DNA from: an uncultured Lachnospiraceae bacterium
Lineage (GTDB): Bacteria; Bacillota; Clostridia; Lachnospirales; Lachnospiraceae
Assembly (NCBI GenBank): GCA_910585825.1
Contig: CAJUEY010000001.1
Location: 93,135 to 157,134 of the forward strand
Reading direction: 5' to 3'
Length of the DNA: 64,000 bases
Shown: piece by piece, positions 39,660-50,157 of the stretch
How positions within the stretch are numbered: the first letter of the stretch is position 1
How the letters are laid out: every line of letters starts with the position of its first letter
Translations under genes and position numbers: made by a program
Notes under the pieces: generated by a model
The model's database searches: none
What the model was told of the DNA's origin: nothing
What the model saw: the letters and a program-made list of their open reading frames with translations, nothing else

Positions 39660-40847
39660 ATGGAAAAAAGATTATTTACGTCTGAATCAGTGACAGAAGG
39701 GCATCCGGATAAGATCTGTGATGCGATTTCCGATGCGGTCTTAGACGCCTGCATGGCGCAGGACCCTATGAGCCGTGTAGCCTGTGAGACAGCGTCCTGC
39801 ACGGGATTTGTGCTGGTCACAGGAGAAATTACCACCAAAGCGAATTTGGACATTCCGGCAATTGTAAGAAAGACGATCAATGAGATCGGCTATGACAGTT
39901 CCGAAAAAGGATTTGACGGCAATACATGCGCCGTTTTGACTGCATTGGATAAGCAGTCGCCGGACATTGCAATGGGAGTGGATAAGGCTTTAGAGGCCAA
40001 GGAGAATACCATGACCGATGAAGAAATCGAAGCCATCGGCGCCGGAGACCAGGGTATGATGTTTGGGTACGCAGTCAATGAAACGGAAGAATATATGCCT
40101 TACCCGATTGCGTTGGCGCATAAGCTTGCACAGCAGCTCACCAAAGTAAGAAAAGACGGTACATTAAGCTATTTAAGGGCAGACGGAAAGTCTCAGGTGT
40201 CTGTGGAATATGATGAGAATGGAAGGCCGTGCCGTCTTGAGGCAGTTGTGATTTCTTCTCAGCATGATGAAAAAGCGACGCAGGAGCAGATTCATGAAGA
40301 TGTGAAGAAATACGTTTTAGATCCGATTCTGCCAAAAGAGATGGTAGATGAGAATACGAAGATTTTTATTAACCCGACGGGACGTTTTGTAATCGGCGGG
40401 CCCCAGGGTGATGCGGGACTGACCGGACGGAAGATTATTGTAGATACTTACGGCGGATATGCGCGTCACGGCGGCGGCGCTTTTTCCGGAAAAGACTGTA
40501 CTAAAGTAGACCGTTCCGCAGCTTATGCAGCGCGTTATGTGGCGAAGAATATCGTTGCGGCGGGACTTGCGGATAAATGTGAAATTCAGCTTGCATATGC
40601 TATCGGCGTTGCGCAGCCGACGTCTGTTATGGTAGATACGTTTGGCACTGGCAAAGTATCCGATGAAAAGCTGGTAGGAATCGTCCGCGAGAATTTCGAC
40701 CTCAGGCCCGCGGGGATCATTAAGATGCTGGATTTGAGACGGCCGATTTACAGAGATACGGCTGCATATGGTCATTTTGGACGGAACGATCTGGATCTTC
40801 CATGGGAAAAACTGGATAAAACAGAAGCATTAAAGAAATATCTGTAA
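39660..40847 (+). CDS. metK: S-adenosylmethionine synthetase
   Basis: [28 protein letters not shown]. Confidence 0.98.
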   Translation: MEKRLFTSESVTEGHPDKICDAISDAVLDACMAQDPMSRVACETASCTGFVLVTGEITTKANLDIPAIVRKTINEIGYDSSEKGFDGNTCAVLTALDKQSPDIAMGVDKALEAKENTMTDEEIEAIGAGDQGMMFGYAVNETEEYMPYPIALAHKLAQQLTKVRKDGTLSYLRADGKSQVSVEYDENGRPCRLEAVVISSQHDEKATQEQIHEDVKKYVLDPILPKEMVDENTKIFINPTGRFVIGGPQGDAGLTGRKIIVDTYGGYARHGGGAFSGKDCTKVDRSAAYAARYVAKNIVAAGLADKCEIQLAYAIGVAQPTSVMVDTFGTGKVSDEKLVGIVRENFDLRPAGIIKMLDLRRPIYRDTAAYGHFGRNDLDLPWEKLDKTEALKKYL

Positions 40848-40916
40848 AACAATTTATGAAAAATTTAGAATATATTTCAGTTTTTTTATAGGATTTGGAA
40901 AATTTCATGCTATAAT

Positions 40917-40956
40917 AAGCCATAGGGACTTTGTATTAAGTCCCTATGGCTTTTTT
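40917..40956 (+). terminator. Terminator after metK
   Basis: AAGCCATAGGGACTT/AAGTCCCTATGGCTT stem with T tract. Confidence 0.75.
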
Positions 40957-40989
40957 GCGGAAATGAGTAAATGATGAAAGGAGATTCGT

Positions 40990-42486
40990 ATGAAATTAAA
41001 AACAAGACTTACAATTTCCTTTTGTATTATAATATTCGTGCCGATTCTGCTGGCTGTTTTTGTAATCTGGGGCTTTCAGAAATTCCAGATTAAAGCGATT
41101 GAAACGACTTATGGTATTGAGTCGGGAACGTATACGTATCTTACGAATCCGGTACAGCTTTTGAATCAGTATACAAAGCGGAATTATGAAAGATTATTAA
41201 AAGAAGCATCCGGGAATCCGGACCGGTTTTTGGAAAAAGCTTTTTTAGATAAGATAAACAGAGAATTGAAAGGAAAATATTCCTATCTGATTGTTCGTAA
41301 AGAGGATATCATTATTTATAAAGGGATGAACTCTGATTTAGAGGAGAAGGACCTGCCGGGCTACGGAGAAGGCGCGCAGGAAGAGGAGGATGCAGTATCC
41401 GGAGTTTATGTAGATGGAGATGAAGAAATTCTGATTAAGCAGATTAACTTCAATTTTACAGACGGAGACCGGGGCAGCGCATTTATCATTACGACTTCTT
41501 ATGAGGTTTTGCCGGAAGTGCAGAGGCTGTTTTTCGACGTGTGCATTTCAGTGCTGATGATTTTGATTTTGACGGCGGCTATGCTGATTATATGGATTTA
41601 TCAGGGAATTATCCGGCCGCTGAAAGAGCTGAAAACTGCAACCGTGAATATACAGCAGGGCAATCTGGATTTTACAATTGAGAGAGAGGGCAGCGATGAG
41701 ATCAGCGAGCTTTGCGCAAGTTTTGAGGAGATGCGCAAGCGGCTGAAAGAATCTTTTGAGCAGCAGATTGCCGGCGAACAGGAGAACCGGGAGCTGATTC
41801 GTAATATCGCCCATGATTTAAAAACGCCGATTACGGCGGTAAAGGGGTATTCAGAAGGGCTTTTAGACGGTGTGGCGAATACGCCGGAGAAACAGGAGAA
41901 ATATCTTAGAACCATTAATAGTAAAGCAAATGAAATGGATGCGCTGCTCAATGAGCTCACGCTGTATTCCAAAATTGATACGAATAGAATTCCATATAAT
42001 TTTAACAAGTTAAACGTAGCGGAATATTTTAACGACTGCATTGAAGAAGTGGGTATGGACTTAGAGACAAAGCAGATCGGACTGGCTTACTTTAACTATG
42101 TAGACAACGATGTGATGATCATTGCCGATCCGGAGCAGTTGAAACGGGTCATTCACAATATCATCGGAAATTCTGTCAAATATATGGATAAGCAGCAGGG
42201 GCTGATCAATATACGGATTAAAGATGTGGGAGATTTCATTCAGGTGGAACTGGAAGACAATGGACGGGGCATTGCAGCAAAAGATATTCCTTATATATTT
42301 GAGCGGTTTTTCCGGGCGGACGCCTCCAGAAATTCTGCCACCGGAGGCAGCGGAATAGGACTTTCCATTGTAAAAAAGATTATTGAAGATCACGGCGGCA
42401 AGATCTGGGCTACCAGCAAAGAATCCGTAGGAACGGTGATGTATTTCGTAATACGAAAATATCAGGAGGTTATACAGAATGAGTAA
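40990..42486 (+). CDS. HAMP-domain sensor histidine kinase
   Basis: Two TM segments, HAMP, IAHDLKTP, EDNGRGI, GSGIGL. Confidence 0.93.
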   Translation: MKLKTRLTISFCIIIFVPILLAVFVIWGFQKFQIKAIETTYGIESGTYTYLTNPVQLLNQYTKRNYERLLKEASGNPDRFLEKAFLDKINRELKGKYSYLIVRKEDIIIYKGMNSDLEEKDLPGYGEGAQEEEDAVSGVYVDGDEEILIKQINFNFTDGDRGSAFIITTSYEVLPEVQRLFFDVCISVLMILILTAAMLIIWIYQGIIRPLKELKTATVNIQQGNLDFTIEREGSDEISELCASFEEMRKRLKESFEQQIAGEQENRELIRNIAHDLKTPITAVKGYSEGLLDGVANTPEKQEKYLRTINSKANEMDALLNELTLYSKIDTNRIPYNFNKLNVAEYFNDCIEEVGMDLETKQIGLAYFNYVDNDVMIIADPEQLKRVIHNIIGNSVKYMDKQQGLINIRIKDVGDFIQVELEDNGRGIAAKDIPYIFERFFRADASRNSATGGSGIGLSIVKKIIEDHGGKIWATSKESVGTVMYFVIRKYQEVIQNE

Positions 42487-43168
42487 AGTGTTGATTATCG
42501 AAGATGAAGTGGCAATTGCGGATTTGGAAAAAGATTATCTGGAGTTAAGCGGATTTGAAGTGGAGATTGAAAATTCCGGAGATGTCGGGCTTAAGAGGGC
42601 ATTGCAGGAAGAGTTTGACATGTTCATTTTGGATTTGATGCTTCCCGGTATAGACGGATTTGAAATTTGCAGGAAAATCCGTGAGACGAAAAATACGCCG
42701 ATTCTGATGGTGTCTGCCAAGAAGGATGATATTGACAAAATCAGAGGACTTGGCCTTGGGGCAGATGATTATATCACAAAACCCTTTTCTCCCAGCGAGC
42801 TTGTGGCAAGGGTAAAAGCGCATCTGGCCCGTTACGAGAGGCTTATCGGCAGCAGCCAGCAGGAAAATGACCTCATAGAAATCCGGGGAATCAAGATTGA
42901 CAAAACGGCGCGCCGGGTATGGGTGAATGAAGAAGAAAAGCAGTTTACCACAAAGGAATTTGACCTGCTGACATTTCTTGCGGAAAATCCCAACCGTGTA
43001 TTTACAAAAGAAGAATTATTTCGGGAGATCTGGGATATGGAGTCCATAGGAGATATTGCAACCGTAACCGTTCATATTAAGAAAATCCGTGAAAAAATCG
43101 AAATTAATACGGCGAAACCTCAGTATATTGAAACCATCTGGGGTGTGGGATACCGCTTTAAAGTATAA
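42479..43168 (+). CDS. OmpR-family response regulator
   Basis: LDLMLPG, GADDYITKPF, IETIWGVGYRF. Confidence 0.95.
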   Translation: MSKVLIIEDEVAIADLEKDYLELSGFEVEIENSGDVGLKRALQEEFDMFILDLMLPGIDGFEICRKIRETKNTPILMVSAKKDDIDKIRGLGLGADDYITKPFSPSELVARVKAHLARYERLIGSSQQENDLIEIRGIKIDKTARRVWVNEEEKQFTTKEFDLLTFLAENPNRVFTKEELFREIWDMESIGDIATVTVHIKKIREKIEINTAKPQYIETIWGVGYRFKV

Positions 43169-43230
43169 AGACTACAGCGATTTACCGGTTGGTTTTACAG
43201 TCGCTGAAAGTCATCTTAAGAGGATAAAAA

Positions 43231-43911
43231 ATGAATCAGATATTGTATGAAGATGAAGATATGATACTTTTTCAAAAACCGGCGGGAATTCCGTCGCAGA
43301 CTGGCCGGTTAAAGGAAAAGGATGTGGTGAGCATCTTAAAAAATTACCGGGCCGGGAAAGGAGAAGAACCTTATATTGCTTTGATACACCGGTTAGACCA
43401 GCCGGTGGAAGGCATTCTTCTGGCGGCGAAGACAAAAGAGGCGGCGGCGGAGTTGAGCCGTCAGTCCGCAGGCTGCGAGATGGATAAATATTATCGTGCC
43501 ATGGTACATAATCGGAGCACGGAACCGCTGGTACAGGGACAGACGGGGAAATTGACGGATTATCTTTTAAAAAACGGTAAGACAAATTGTTCCTCTGTCG
43601 TAAATGAAGGAAGCAAAGGCGCCAAAAAAGCGGCGCTGCAGTATGAAGTTCTCAGAGCCGGGGAAGAGCTGGCCGATCTTTCCATAAAATTAGAAACCGG
43701 AAGGCATCACCAGATCCGGGTGCAAATGGCAAATGCAGGATTTCCCTTAGTGGGCGATTTCAAATATGGCAGAAAGACTGCGGATAAACCACAGGGGGAG
43801 AGAAAATACGCCGCTCTATGTTTTGTAAAAATTGGATTTTTGCATCCGGCAACGAAGAAACGGATGGAGTTTGAGATAGAACCGGAAAATTCCGCTTTCC
43901 AGTTATTGTAG
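43231..43911 (+). CDS. RluA-family pseudouridine synthase
   Basis: KPAG, HRLD, TGRHHQIRV, GDFKYG. Confidence 0.92.
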   Translation: MNQILYEDEDMILFQKPAGIPSQTGRLKEKDVVSILKNYRAGKGEEPYIALIHRLDQPVEGILLAAKTKEAAAELSRQSAGCEMDKYYRAMVHNRSTEPLVQGQTGKLTDYLLKNGKTNCSSVVNEGSKGAKKAALQYEVLRAGEELADLSIKLETGRHHQIRVQMANAGFPLVGDFKYGRKTADKPQGERKYAALCFVKIGFLHPATKKRMEFEIEPENSAFQLL

Positions 43912-43986
43912 AAATATCCAGATGTTTTTGACAAAGACATATTTTTCAGACGCATAGAAAATGCTCATAGCACACATAATTTTCCC

Positions 43987-45003
43987 ATGATGAAGATAAA
44001 GAAGAACGAAATGGGAACGAAAATTGCAAAACTGTTTGTAATCACGGCGGCAGTCTATTTGGGAATGAAATTTCTAGTTCCGATGGTCCTGCCGTTTTTA
44101 CTTGCAATTGCACTGGCAAGGCTGTTGTATCCTCTGGCAAAGATGCTTGAGAAGAAAACGGGATGTCAAAGAAATGTGGCAAGGCTGCTGGCATATGGGA
44201 TCTTTCTTGCAGGGGTAGGAGCTGCTGCGGCAGGCTTGCTGTATTTTTGCTATCGCATGGGCAGCAGTTGTCTGAATCACATGGACGGGTTTAAGGAAAG
44301 CGCCCAGGAGATCTTTTGTATCTGTTGCGACAGGATAGAGCAGATGTTTGGAATCAGTGCGGGAGAAATTCAAAAGACGATTGACAGGGAGACGTCAGAG
44401 ATGACAAAAGGCATGGTGGCCTATTCAAAAGATGCGGGCTGGTATATGATCGGGCTGTTGGCAAAAGTGTTTGTCACATTTATCGCGGCTTTTTTGATGT
44501 TGAACGATTATGAGCGGATGATCGGCGGATGTAAAAAGACACAGGTGGGAAGAGCGGTTATCTCGGTGTTGAAGGAGATCAAGGAGGCTTCAGGCGCATA
44601 TCTGGGGGCGCAGCTGCGCATTATGGGAATCATCACAGCTATATGCATCGCAGGTCTTTTTTTGCTGGGGATTCCCTATGCATTTTGGATTGGATTGGGG
44701 ATTGGGTTTTGTGACGCTCTTCCTTTTATCGGAACGGGAACGATATTTGTTCCCTGGGCGTTGATCAATATTCTTTTGGGGAAGTATAAGCAGGCAGTCT
44801 GGCTGTTTGTATATTATATCATCTGTAGTTTTGTCAGAGAGCTGTTGGAGCCAAAACTGGTGGGAAAGCATTTGGGTGTGCCGCCTCTTGCGGTTTTGAT
44901 GAGCATTTATATCGGAATTCAGGTATATGGAGGGGCAGGCGTTATTTTCGGGCCTGTTTCGGCGCTGTTAATTTATGAGATTTATATGTTGTTTTTGAAA
45001 TAA
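43987..45003 (+). CDS. YtvI-like sporulation membrane protein (AI-2E family)
   Basis: Multi-TM; DALPFIGTG, LEPKLVG..LG, GVIFGP. Confidence 0.8.
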   Translation: MMKIKKNEMGTKIAKLFVITAAVYLGMKFLVPMVLPFLLAIALARLLYPLAKMLEKKTGCQRNVARLLAYGIFLAGVGAAAAGLLYFCYRMGSSCLNHMDGFKESAQEIFCICCDRIEQMFGISAGEIQKTIDRETSEMTKGMVAYSKDAGWYMIGLLAKVFVTFIAAFLMLNDYERMIGGCKKTQVGRAVISVLKEIKEASGAYLGAQLRIMGIITAICIAGLFLLGIPYAFWIGLGIGFCDALPFIGTGTIFVPWALINILLGKYKQAVWLFVYYIICSFVRELLEPKLVGKHLGVPPLAVLMSIYIGIQVYGGAGVIFGPVSALLIYEIYMLFLK

Positions 45004-45038
45004 AAATTTCAAACATTGTTTTGCTGAAACTGTTACAG

Positions 45039-45066
45039 TTGCATAATTTTAATGGTATGCTATAAT
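45039..45066 (+). promoter_or_regulatory. Sigma-A promoter of the nuclease gene
   Basis: TTGCAT-N16-TATAAT with TG extension; RBS AAGGAG. Confidence 0.65.
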
Positions 45067-45088
45067 TTAATAAACAAAGGAGAACGCT

Positions 45089-45997
45089 ATGGAAGATACA
45101 AAAATTCAGTGGCATCCGGGATTTGTGGCTGCCATGAATCTGGAATTTGCCGAAAACAGGGATGATTTAACATTTGAACCGGAATATAATCTAAACACAA
45201 AGCCGTTGGAGATTGATCTTCTGGTAATTAAGAAACAATCATCTGTCGTTCTTTTTAATGAAATAGGATGTTTCTTCCGGGGACATAATATTATAGAATA
45301 TAAATCCCCAGAAGACCATCTGGATATTGATGTTTTTTATAAATCAATGGCATATGCCGCTCTTTACAAATCTTATGGCAGAACGATGGATGAGATCAAA
45401 GCAGATGACGTTACAGTGACCTTGCTCAGAGAGGCGAAGCCGGAAAGCCTCTTCCGGTATTTAAAAGAACATGATTATCAAATATCAAATCCATATAAAG
45501 GAATTTATTATATTGACGGGAATGTTATGTTTTCAACACAAATCATTGCAACCGGTGAGTTAAACAAAAAGGAACACATCTGGTTGGGTTCCTTGTCTGA
45601 CAGATTGAAAAAACAGGATATGAAGGAGCTTTTTAACAGAATTCACCAATTAGAAAGCGCGTTTGACAGGGAACTGGCAGATTCCGTTTTGGAGGTCAGC
45701 GTTGGCGCGAACAAAGAAGTGGTGGAAAATTGGAAAGGAGACGATACTATGTGCCAGGCATTAATGGAAATTATGGAGCCGGAAATCCGCTTAAGGGAAA
45801 AAGAGCTGGAAGAAGCTGCTTTACAAAGAGGTATGCAAAAAGGTATGCAAAAAGGTATGCAAAAAGGTATACAAAAAGGTATACGGGATGCGGTGGATAT
45901 GCTTAGAAAATTTGGGCATCAGGATGAGGAAATAAAGCTTACGCTTATGAACAAATACGATCTTTCTGCAGAAGAAACCGAAAAATACTTTCAGTAA
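45089..45997 (+). CDS. PD-(D/E)XK nuclease-fold protein with Rpn-like architecture
   Basis: IDLLVI...IIEYKS catalytic-like motif; C-terminal QKGM repeats and short helical tail. Confidence 0.7.
   Translation: MEDTKIQWHPGFVAAMNLEFAENRDDLTFEPEYNLNTKPLEIDLLVIKKQSSVVLFNEIGCFFRGHNIIEYKSPEDHLDIDVFYKSMAYAALYKSYGRTMDEIKADDVTVTLLREAKPESLFRYLKEHDYQISNPYKGIYYIDGNVMFSTQIIATGELNKKEHIWLGSLSDRLKKQDMKELFNRIHQLESAFDRELADSVLEVSVGANKEVVENWKGDDTMCQALMEIMEPEIRLREKELEEAALQRGMQKGMQKGMQKGIQKGIRDAVDMLRKFGHQDEEIKLTLMNKYDLSAEETEKYFQ
45749..45997 (+). CDS. Putative in-frame internal small protein (82 aa, candidate antitoxin)
   Basis: AAAGGAG at 45734-45740, 8-nt spacer, in-frame ATG (MCQALMEIM...). Confidence 0.55.
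   Translation: MCQALMEIMEPEIRLREKELEEAALQRGMQKGMQKGMQKGIQKGIRDAVDMLRKFGHQDEEIKLTLMNKYDLSAEETEKYFQ
45824..45883 (+). repeat. Five 12-bp tandem repeats (Q-K/R-G-M/I)
   Basis: CAAAAAGGTATG-type unit, five copies. Confidence 0.9.
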
Positions 45998-46145
45998 TCA
46001 ATTTTTTTACGACGGGCAGAGAAAATAAATTATATTGTTCATGTATAAATGAATGACAGAAATAACAGGACAGGTTTTTCAACCTGTCTTGTTTGGCATT
46101 GTCTGGAGAGCGTTTTAAAAGCGCTTATATTGCAGAAAGGAAAAC

Positions 46146-46175
46146 TTGACAAACCAAAAGCCGTCAGTCTACAAT
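46146..46175 (+). promoter_or_regulatory. Sigma-A promoter of proS
   Basis: TTGACA-N18-TACAAT. Confidence 0.65.
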
Positions 46176-46227
46176 AAGAAGCGCAGAAAATGCACAGAAA
46201 ACAGACAAACAGAAAGGAATCAAACAC

Positions 46228-47670
46228 ATGGCAAAAGAAAAGAAATTAGTGGAAGCCATTACCTCTATGGAGGAGGATTTTGCACAATGGTATACAGATG
46301 TTGTAAAAAAAGCGGAATTAATTGATTATTCTTCCGTAAAGGGGTGTATGATCATCAAACCGGACGGATATGCCATCTGGGAAAATATTCAGGAAGAACT
46401 GGATCGGAGATTCAAAGAAACCGGAGTGGAAAATGTATATATGCCGATGTTTATTCCGGAGAGTCTTTTAAATAAAGAAAAAGATCATGTGGAAGGATTT
46501 GCGCCCGAAGTGGCATGGGTGACCCACGGCGGCGCCAATCCGCTGCAGGAGCGTCTCTGTGTGCGCCCTACCTCAGAAACGCTTTTCTGTGATTTTTATA
46601 AAAATCTGATTCAGTCTTACAGAGATCTTCCCAAAGTGTACAATCAGTGGTGCTCTGTTGTCAGATGGGAGAAAGAGACGAGGCCGTTTCTTCGTTCCAG
46701 GGAGTTTTTATGGCAGGAAGGCCATACGGCTCACGCGACGGCAGAAGAGGCCGAAGAACGTACCATTCAGATGTTAAACGTTTATGCGGATTTTTGTGAA
46801 GAAATACTGGCGATGCCTGTAGTTCGGGGCAAAAAGACGGAGAAAGAGAAGTTTGCCGGAGCGGAGGCGACTTATACGATTGAAGCGCTGATGCATGACG
46901 GAAAAGCGCTGCAGTCCGGCACAAGCCATAATTTCGGGGACGGATTCGCAAAAGCCTTTGGCATTCAGTATACGGATAAAGACAATCGGCTGCAGTATGT
47001 GCATCAGACTTCCTGGGGTATGACAACCCGGTTGATCGGGGCGATTATCATGGTACACGGAGATGATTCCGGTCTGGTTCTTCCGCCCCAAATTGCGCCG
47101 GTGCAGGTAATGGTAATTCCGATTCAGCAGCACAAAGAAGGTGTTCTGGAAAAGGCGGCGGCTTTGAAAGAACGTCTGGCAGCATCCGGCATCCGGGTGA
47201 AGTTAGATAACAGTGAAAAGAGTCCGGGATGGAAATTCTCAGAGCAGGAGATGAGAGGAATTCCCATCCGTATTGAAATCGGCCCTAAGGATATTGATGC
47301 CGGACAGTGCGTGCTGGTTCGCCGTGATACCAGAGAAAAGACATTTGCATCTTTGGAAGAGATAGAGACAAAGGCAGCAGAGCTTTTGGAAAATATTCAA
47401 AAAGATATGTTTGACAGGGCAAAAGCACACAGAGACGAACATATCTATGATGCCCGCAATTACGAAGAGTTTGCAGAAATCATTCAGAATAAACCGGGAT
47501 TTGTGCGTGGCATGTGGTGTGGGGAACAGGCGTGTGAAGATAAGCTGAAGGAAGATTTTGCAGCAACGGCGCGCTGTATGCCGTTTCACGATCAGGAAAC
47601 AATTTCCTCTGTCTGCGTATGCTGCGGCAAACCGGCGCATAAACTGGTTTACTGGGGAAAGGCATATTAA
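46228..47670 (+). CDS. proS: Prolyl-tRNA synthetase (archaeal/eukaryote-like type)
   Basis: [28 protein letters not shown]-terminal WGKAY. Confidence 0.96.
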   Translation: MAKEKKLVEAITSMEEDFAQWYTDVVKKAELIDYSSVKGCMIIKPDGYAIWENIQEELDRRFKETGVENVYMPMFIPESLLNKEKDHVEGFAPEVAWVTHGGANPLQERLCVRPTSETLFCDFYKNLIQSYRDLPKVYNQWCSVVRWEKETRPFLRSREFLWQEGHTAHATAEEAEERTIQMLNVYADFCEEILAMPVVRGKKTEKEKFAGAEATYTIEALMHDGKALQSGTSHNFGDGFAKAFGIQYTDKDNRLQYVHQTSWGMTTRLIGAIIMVHGDDSGLVLPPQIAPVQVMVIPIQQHKEGVLEKAAALKERLAASGIRVKLDNSEKSPGWKFSEQEMRGIPIRIEIGPKDIDAGQCVLVRRDTREKTFASLEEIETKAAELLENIQKDMFDRAKAHRDEHIYDARNYEEFAEIIQNKPGFVRGMWCGEQACEDKLKEDFAATARCMPFHDQETISSVCVCCGKPAHKLVYWGKAY

Positions 47671-47671
47671 G

Positions 47672-49009
47672 ATGAAGATTGACCTTCCGGACAAAGTCAG
47701 CCATATCATTGATACATTCATACAGGCCGGATATGAGGCATATGCAGTAGGAGGCTGCGTCCGTGACAGTATTCTGGGGAGAACGCCCGAAGACTGGGAT
47801 ATCACCACTTCTGCAGAACCAATGGAAATAAAAGCTCTTTTTCCCAGAACGATTGACACAGGCATTGCCCATGGAACAGTGACTGTCATGCTGGGGAAGG
47901 AGGGCTTTGAAGTCACGACTTACCGGATTGATGGAAAATACGAGGATGCAAGACATCCCAGAGAAGTAACCTTTACGCCGAATCTGTTGGAGGATTTGAA
48001 ACGCCGGGATTTTACCATCAATGCCATGGCCTATAATGACAGGAACGGACTAGTAGATGCGTTTGACGGGATCGGAGATTTAAACCGAAAGATTATCCGC
48101 TGTGTCGGAGATGCAATGAAACGGTTTACAGAGGATGCGCTGCGGATGATGCGGGCTGTGCGTTTTGCGGCGCAGCTTGGGTTTTCTATTGATTCAGATA
48201 CGATACAGGCGATTTGTATGCTGGCGTCTTCTCTGAAATATATCAGTGCGGAGCGAATTCAGACAGAGCTTGTGAAGCTTCTGGTATCAGATCATCCGGA
48301 AGAAATGAGGACGCTTTATGACACGGGGCTGACAGGAATTATGCTGCCGGAATTTGATGTGATGATGCAGACCGCACAAAACAATGCCCACCATATTTAT
48401 ACAGTGGGAGAGCATACCATTGAGTCGCTTTTGCATGTGGAAAAAGAGAAAGTGCTTCGTCTGACAATGCTTCTCCATGATGTGGCAAAACCTTCCTGCC
48501 AAACGACGGGAGAAGACGGATTTCATCATTTTTACGATCATCAAAGACGGGGAAGCGAGATGGCAGAAGGGATTCTGCGGCGTCTAAAATTTGACAATGA
48601 TACGACAGAAAGAGTCTGCCGTCTGATTGCCGGACATGATGATAATCCGCCTATAACGGAACGAAATGTAAGAAGGGCGGTGGTCCGGTTAGGGAGAAAA
48701 GCTTATCCGGATCTATTTGCAGTAAAAAGAGCAGATGTACTGGCTCAGAGCGCTTATAAACGGGCAGAGAAATTAAAATATATAGAGGAATATGAGGAAT
48801 GCTATCACAGGATTATAGAAAAAGAGCAGTGCTTATCTTTAAAAGATCTGGCTGTGAAAGGCGCAGATTTGATTGCAGAAGGCATGAAACCGGGGCCGGA
48901 GCTTGGACAGGTTTTACAGGAACTGTTTGAACTGGTGCTGGACAATCCAGAAAAAAACACAAAAGAATATCTTTTGATGAAAAGTAAAGAGATGATAAAT
49001 TGTAGATAG
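47672..49009 (+). CDS. cca: CCA tRNA nucleotidyltransferase (with HD domain)
   Basis: VGGCVRD, DWDITT, RRDFTINAMA, EDALRMMR, LLHDVAK. Confidence 0.9.
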   Translation: MKIDLPDKVSHIIDTFIQAGYEAYAVGGCVRDSILGRTPEDWDITTSAEPMEIKALFPRTIDTGIAHGTVTVMLGKEGFEVTTYRIDGKYEDARHPREVTFTPNLLEDLKRRDFTINAMAYNDRNGLVDAFDGIGDLNRKIIRCVGDAMKRFTEDALRMMRAVRFAAQLGFSIDSDTIQAICMLASSLKYISAERIQTELVKLLVSDHPEEMRTLYDTGLTGIMLPEFDVMMQTAQNNAHHIYTVGEHTIESLLHVEKEKVLRLTMLLHDVAKPSCQTTGEDGFHHFYDHQRRGSEMAEGILRRLKFDNDTTERVCRLIAGHDDNPPITERNVRRAVVRLGRKAYPDLFAVKRADVLAQSAYKRAEKLKYIEEYEECYHRIIEKEQCLSLKDLAVKGADLIAEGMKPGPELGQVLQELFELVLDNPEKNTKEYLLMKSKEMINCR

Positions 49010-49103
49010 GGTGAATACTTTCAAAAACCTTTTCATATGCTTAAAAGACACGGAATGTACGGAATGTAGACGAAGTGGAAAAGATTCGTATGGAGGGGTT
49101 TTT

Positions 49104-50144
49104 GTGTATAATCGGGAAGAAGAGATTCTGGAACAGTATAAAGTAGAAATAAGAAGCACGGTAAAAGGACGCGGAGCCCTTTGCTGCGATACGGACAAAG
49201 GTACCATGTTGTTAAAAGAGTTTCGAGGTTCCGGGGAGCGTGCTGTTTTTCTGCATGATATACTGGAATATTTATGCGACGGGGGTTTTTCGGCAGAAAC
49301 AATCGTGTTGTCGAAAGAAGAGGAAGTGCTTGTTAAGGATGAGATTAACAATACTTCCTATCTTTTGAAAAACTGGTATTTGGGCAGAGAGTGTGATGTC
49401 AGGAACCGGGATGATATTTTGGCGGCGGTAAGAAAACTGGCTGAGTTCCACAAGCTGACGGCGGGTTACAAAGGAACGATTCCGGAATTTTTAAAGGCAG
49501 AACAAGACAGCCTGTTACAGGAGTATGAACGACATAACAGAGAGCTGAACAAGGTCAAAAATTACATTCGCAATAAAAACAAAAAGAATGAATTTGAAAT
49601 GCTTTTCATGAAAGTATATGAAAGCTACAAGAATCAGGCGAGGGAAGTGACCGAACAGCTGAAAAAGCAGTCTGCAGATCTTGGCGAAGAAGTAAAGAAA
49701 CAGATGAGAGGCCTTTGCCACGGAGATTATAATCAGCACAATGTGCTGAATTCCCAGGGAGAATGGGTACTTTTGAATTTTGAACAGATGACATATGATA
49801 TTTTGGTACAGGATCTGGCGAATTTTATTCGCAAAATTTTGGAAAAATATAATTGGAATACGGGACTGGGCATAGAAATGATTACAGCATATGACAATAT
49901 TCGGAAAATGCTGCCGGAAGAATTGGAACAGCTGTATCTGCGTCTGGCATACCCCAAAAAATACTGGAAAATAGCAAATCACTACTGCAGCTCCAGAAAA
50001 TCCTGGATTTCCGGAAGAGATATTGAAAAACTGGAAAAAGTCATTGAGCAGGAGTCTTCGAGAAAGCAGTTTTTAAAAATGTTATTTTATTTCACAACCC
50101 AGGGAAAGTATGATATACTGTATGAGAATAAAAATCAGACATAA
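49104..50144 (+). CDS. CotS-family spore coat protein (kinase-like fold)
   Basis: GTG start after GGAGG; LAEFH, CHGDYNQHN, DLANFIRK, YPKKYWKI; sigma-E/K-like ATA-N16-CATATGCT upstream. Confidence 0.8.
   Translation: MYNREEEILEQYKVEIRSTVKGRGALCCDTDKGTMLLKEFRGSGERAVFLHDILEYLCDGGFSAETIVLSKEEEVLVKDEINNTSYLLKNWYLGRECDVRNRDDILAAVRKLAEFHKLTAGYKGTIPEFLKAEQDSLLQEYERHNRELNKVKNYIRNKNKKNEFEMLFMKVYESYKNQAREVTEQLKKQSADLGEEVKKQMRGLCHGDYNQHNVLNSQGEWVLLNFEQMTYDILVQDLANFIRKILEKYNWNTGLGIEMITAYDNIRKMLPEELEQLYLRLAYPKKYWKIANHYCSSRKSWISGRDIEKLEKVIEQESSRKQFLKMLFYFTTQGKYDILYENKNQT
50091..50119 (+). promoter_or_regulatory. Sigma-A promoter inside the 3' end of cotS, for the downstream genes
   Basis: TTCACA-N17-TATACT with TG extension. 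Confidence 0.5.
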
Positions 50145-50157
50145 TCGGAGAAGATAG

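Noticed and set aside
45824..45883. CRISPR-like array
   Set aside because: 12-bp coding tandem repeats with no spacers; no cas genes in the window
46176..46227. T-box leader for proS
   Set aside because: The leader is only about 45 nt and has no T-box consensus
47558..47671. N-terminal extension of cca
   Set aside because: Overlaps proS; homology starts at ATG 47672
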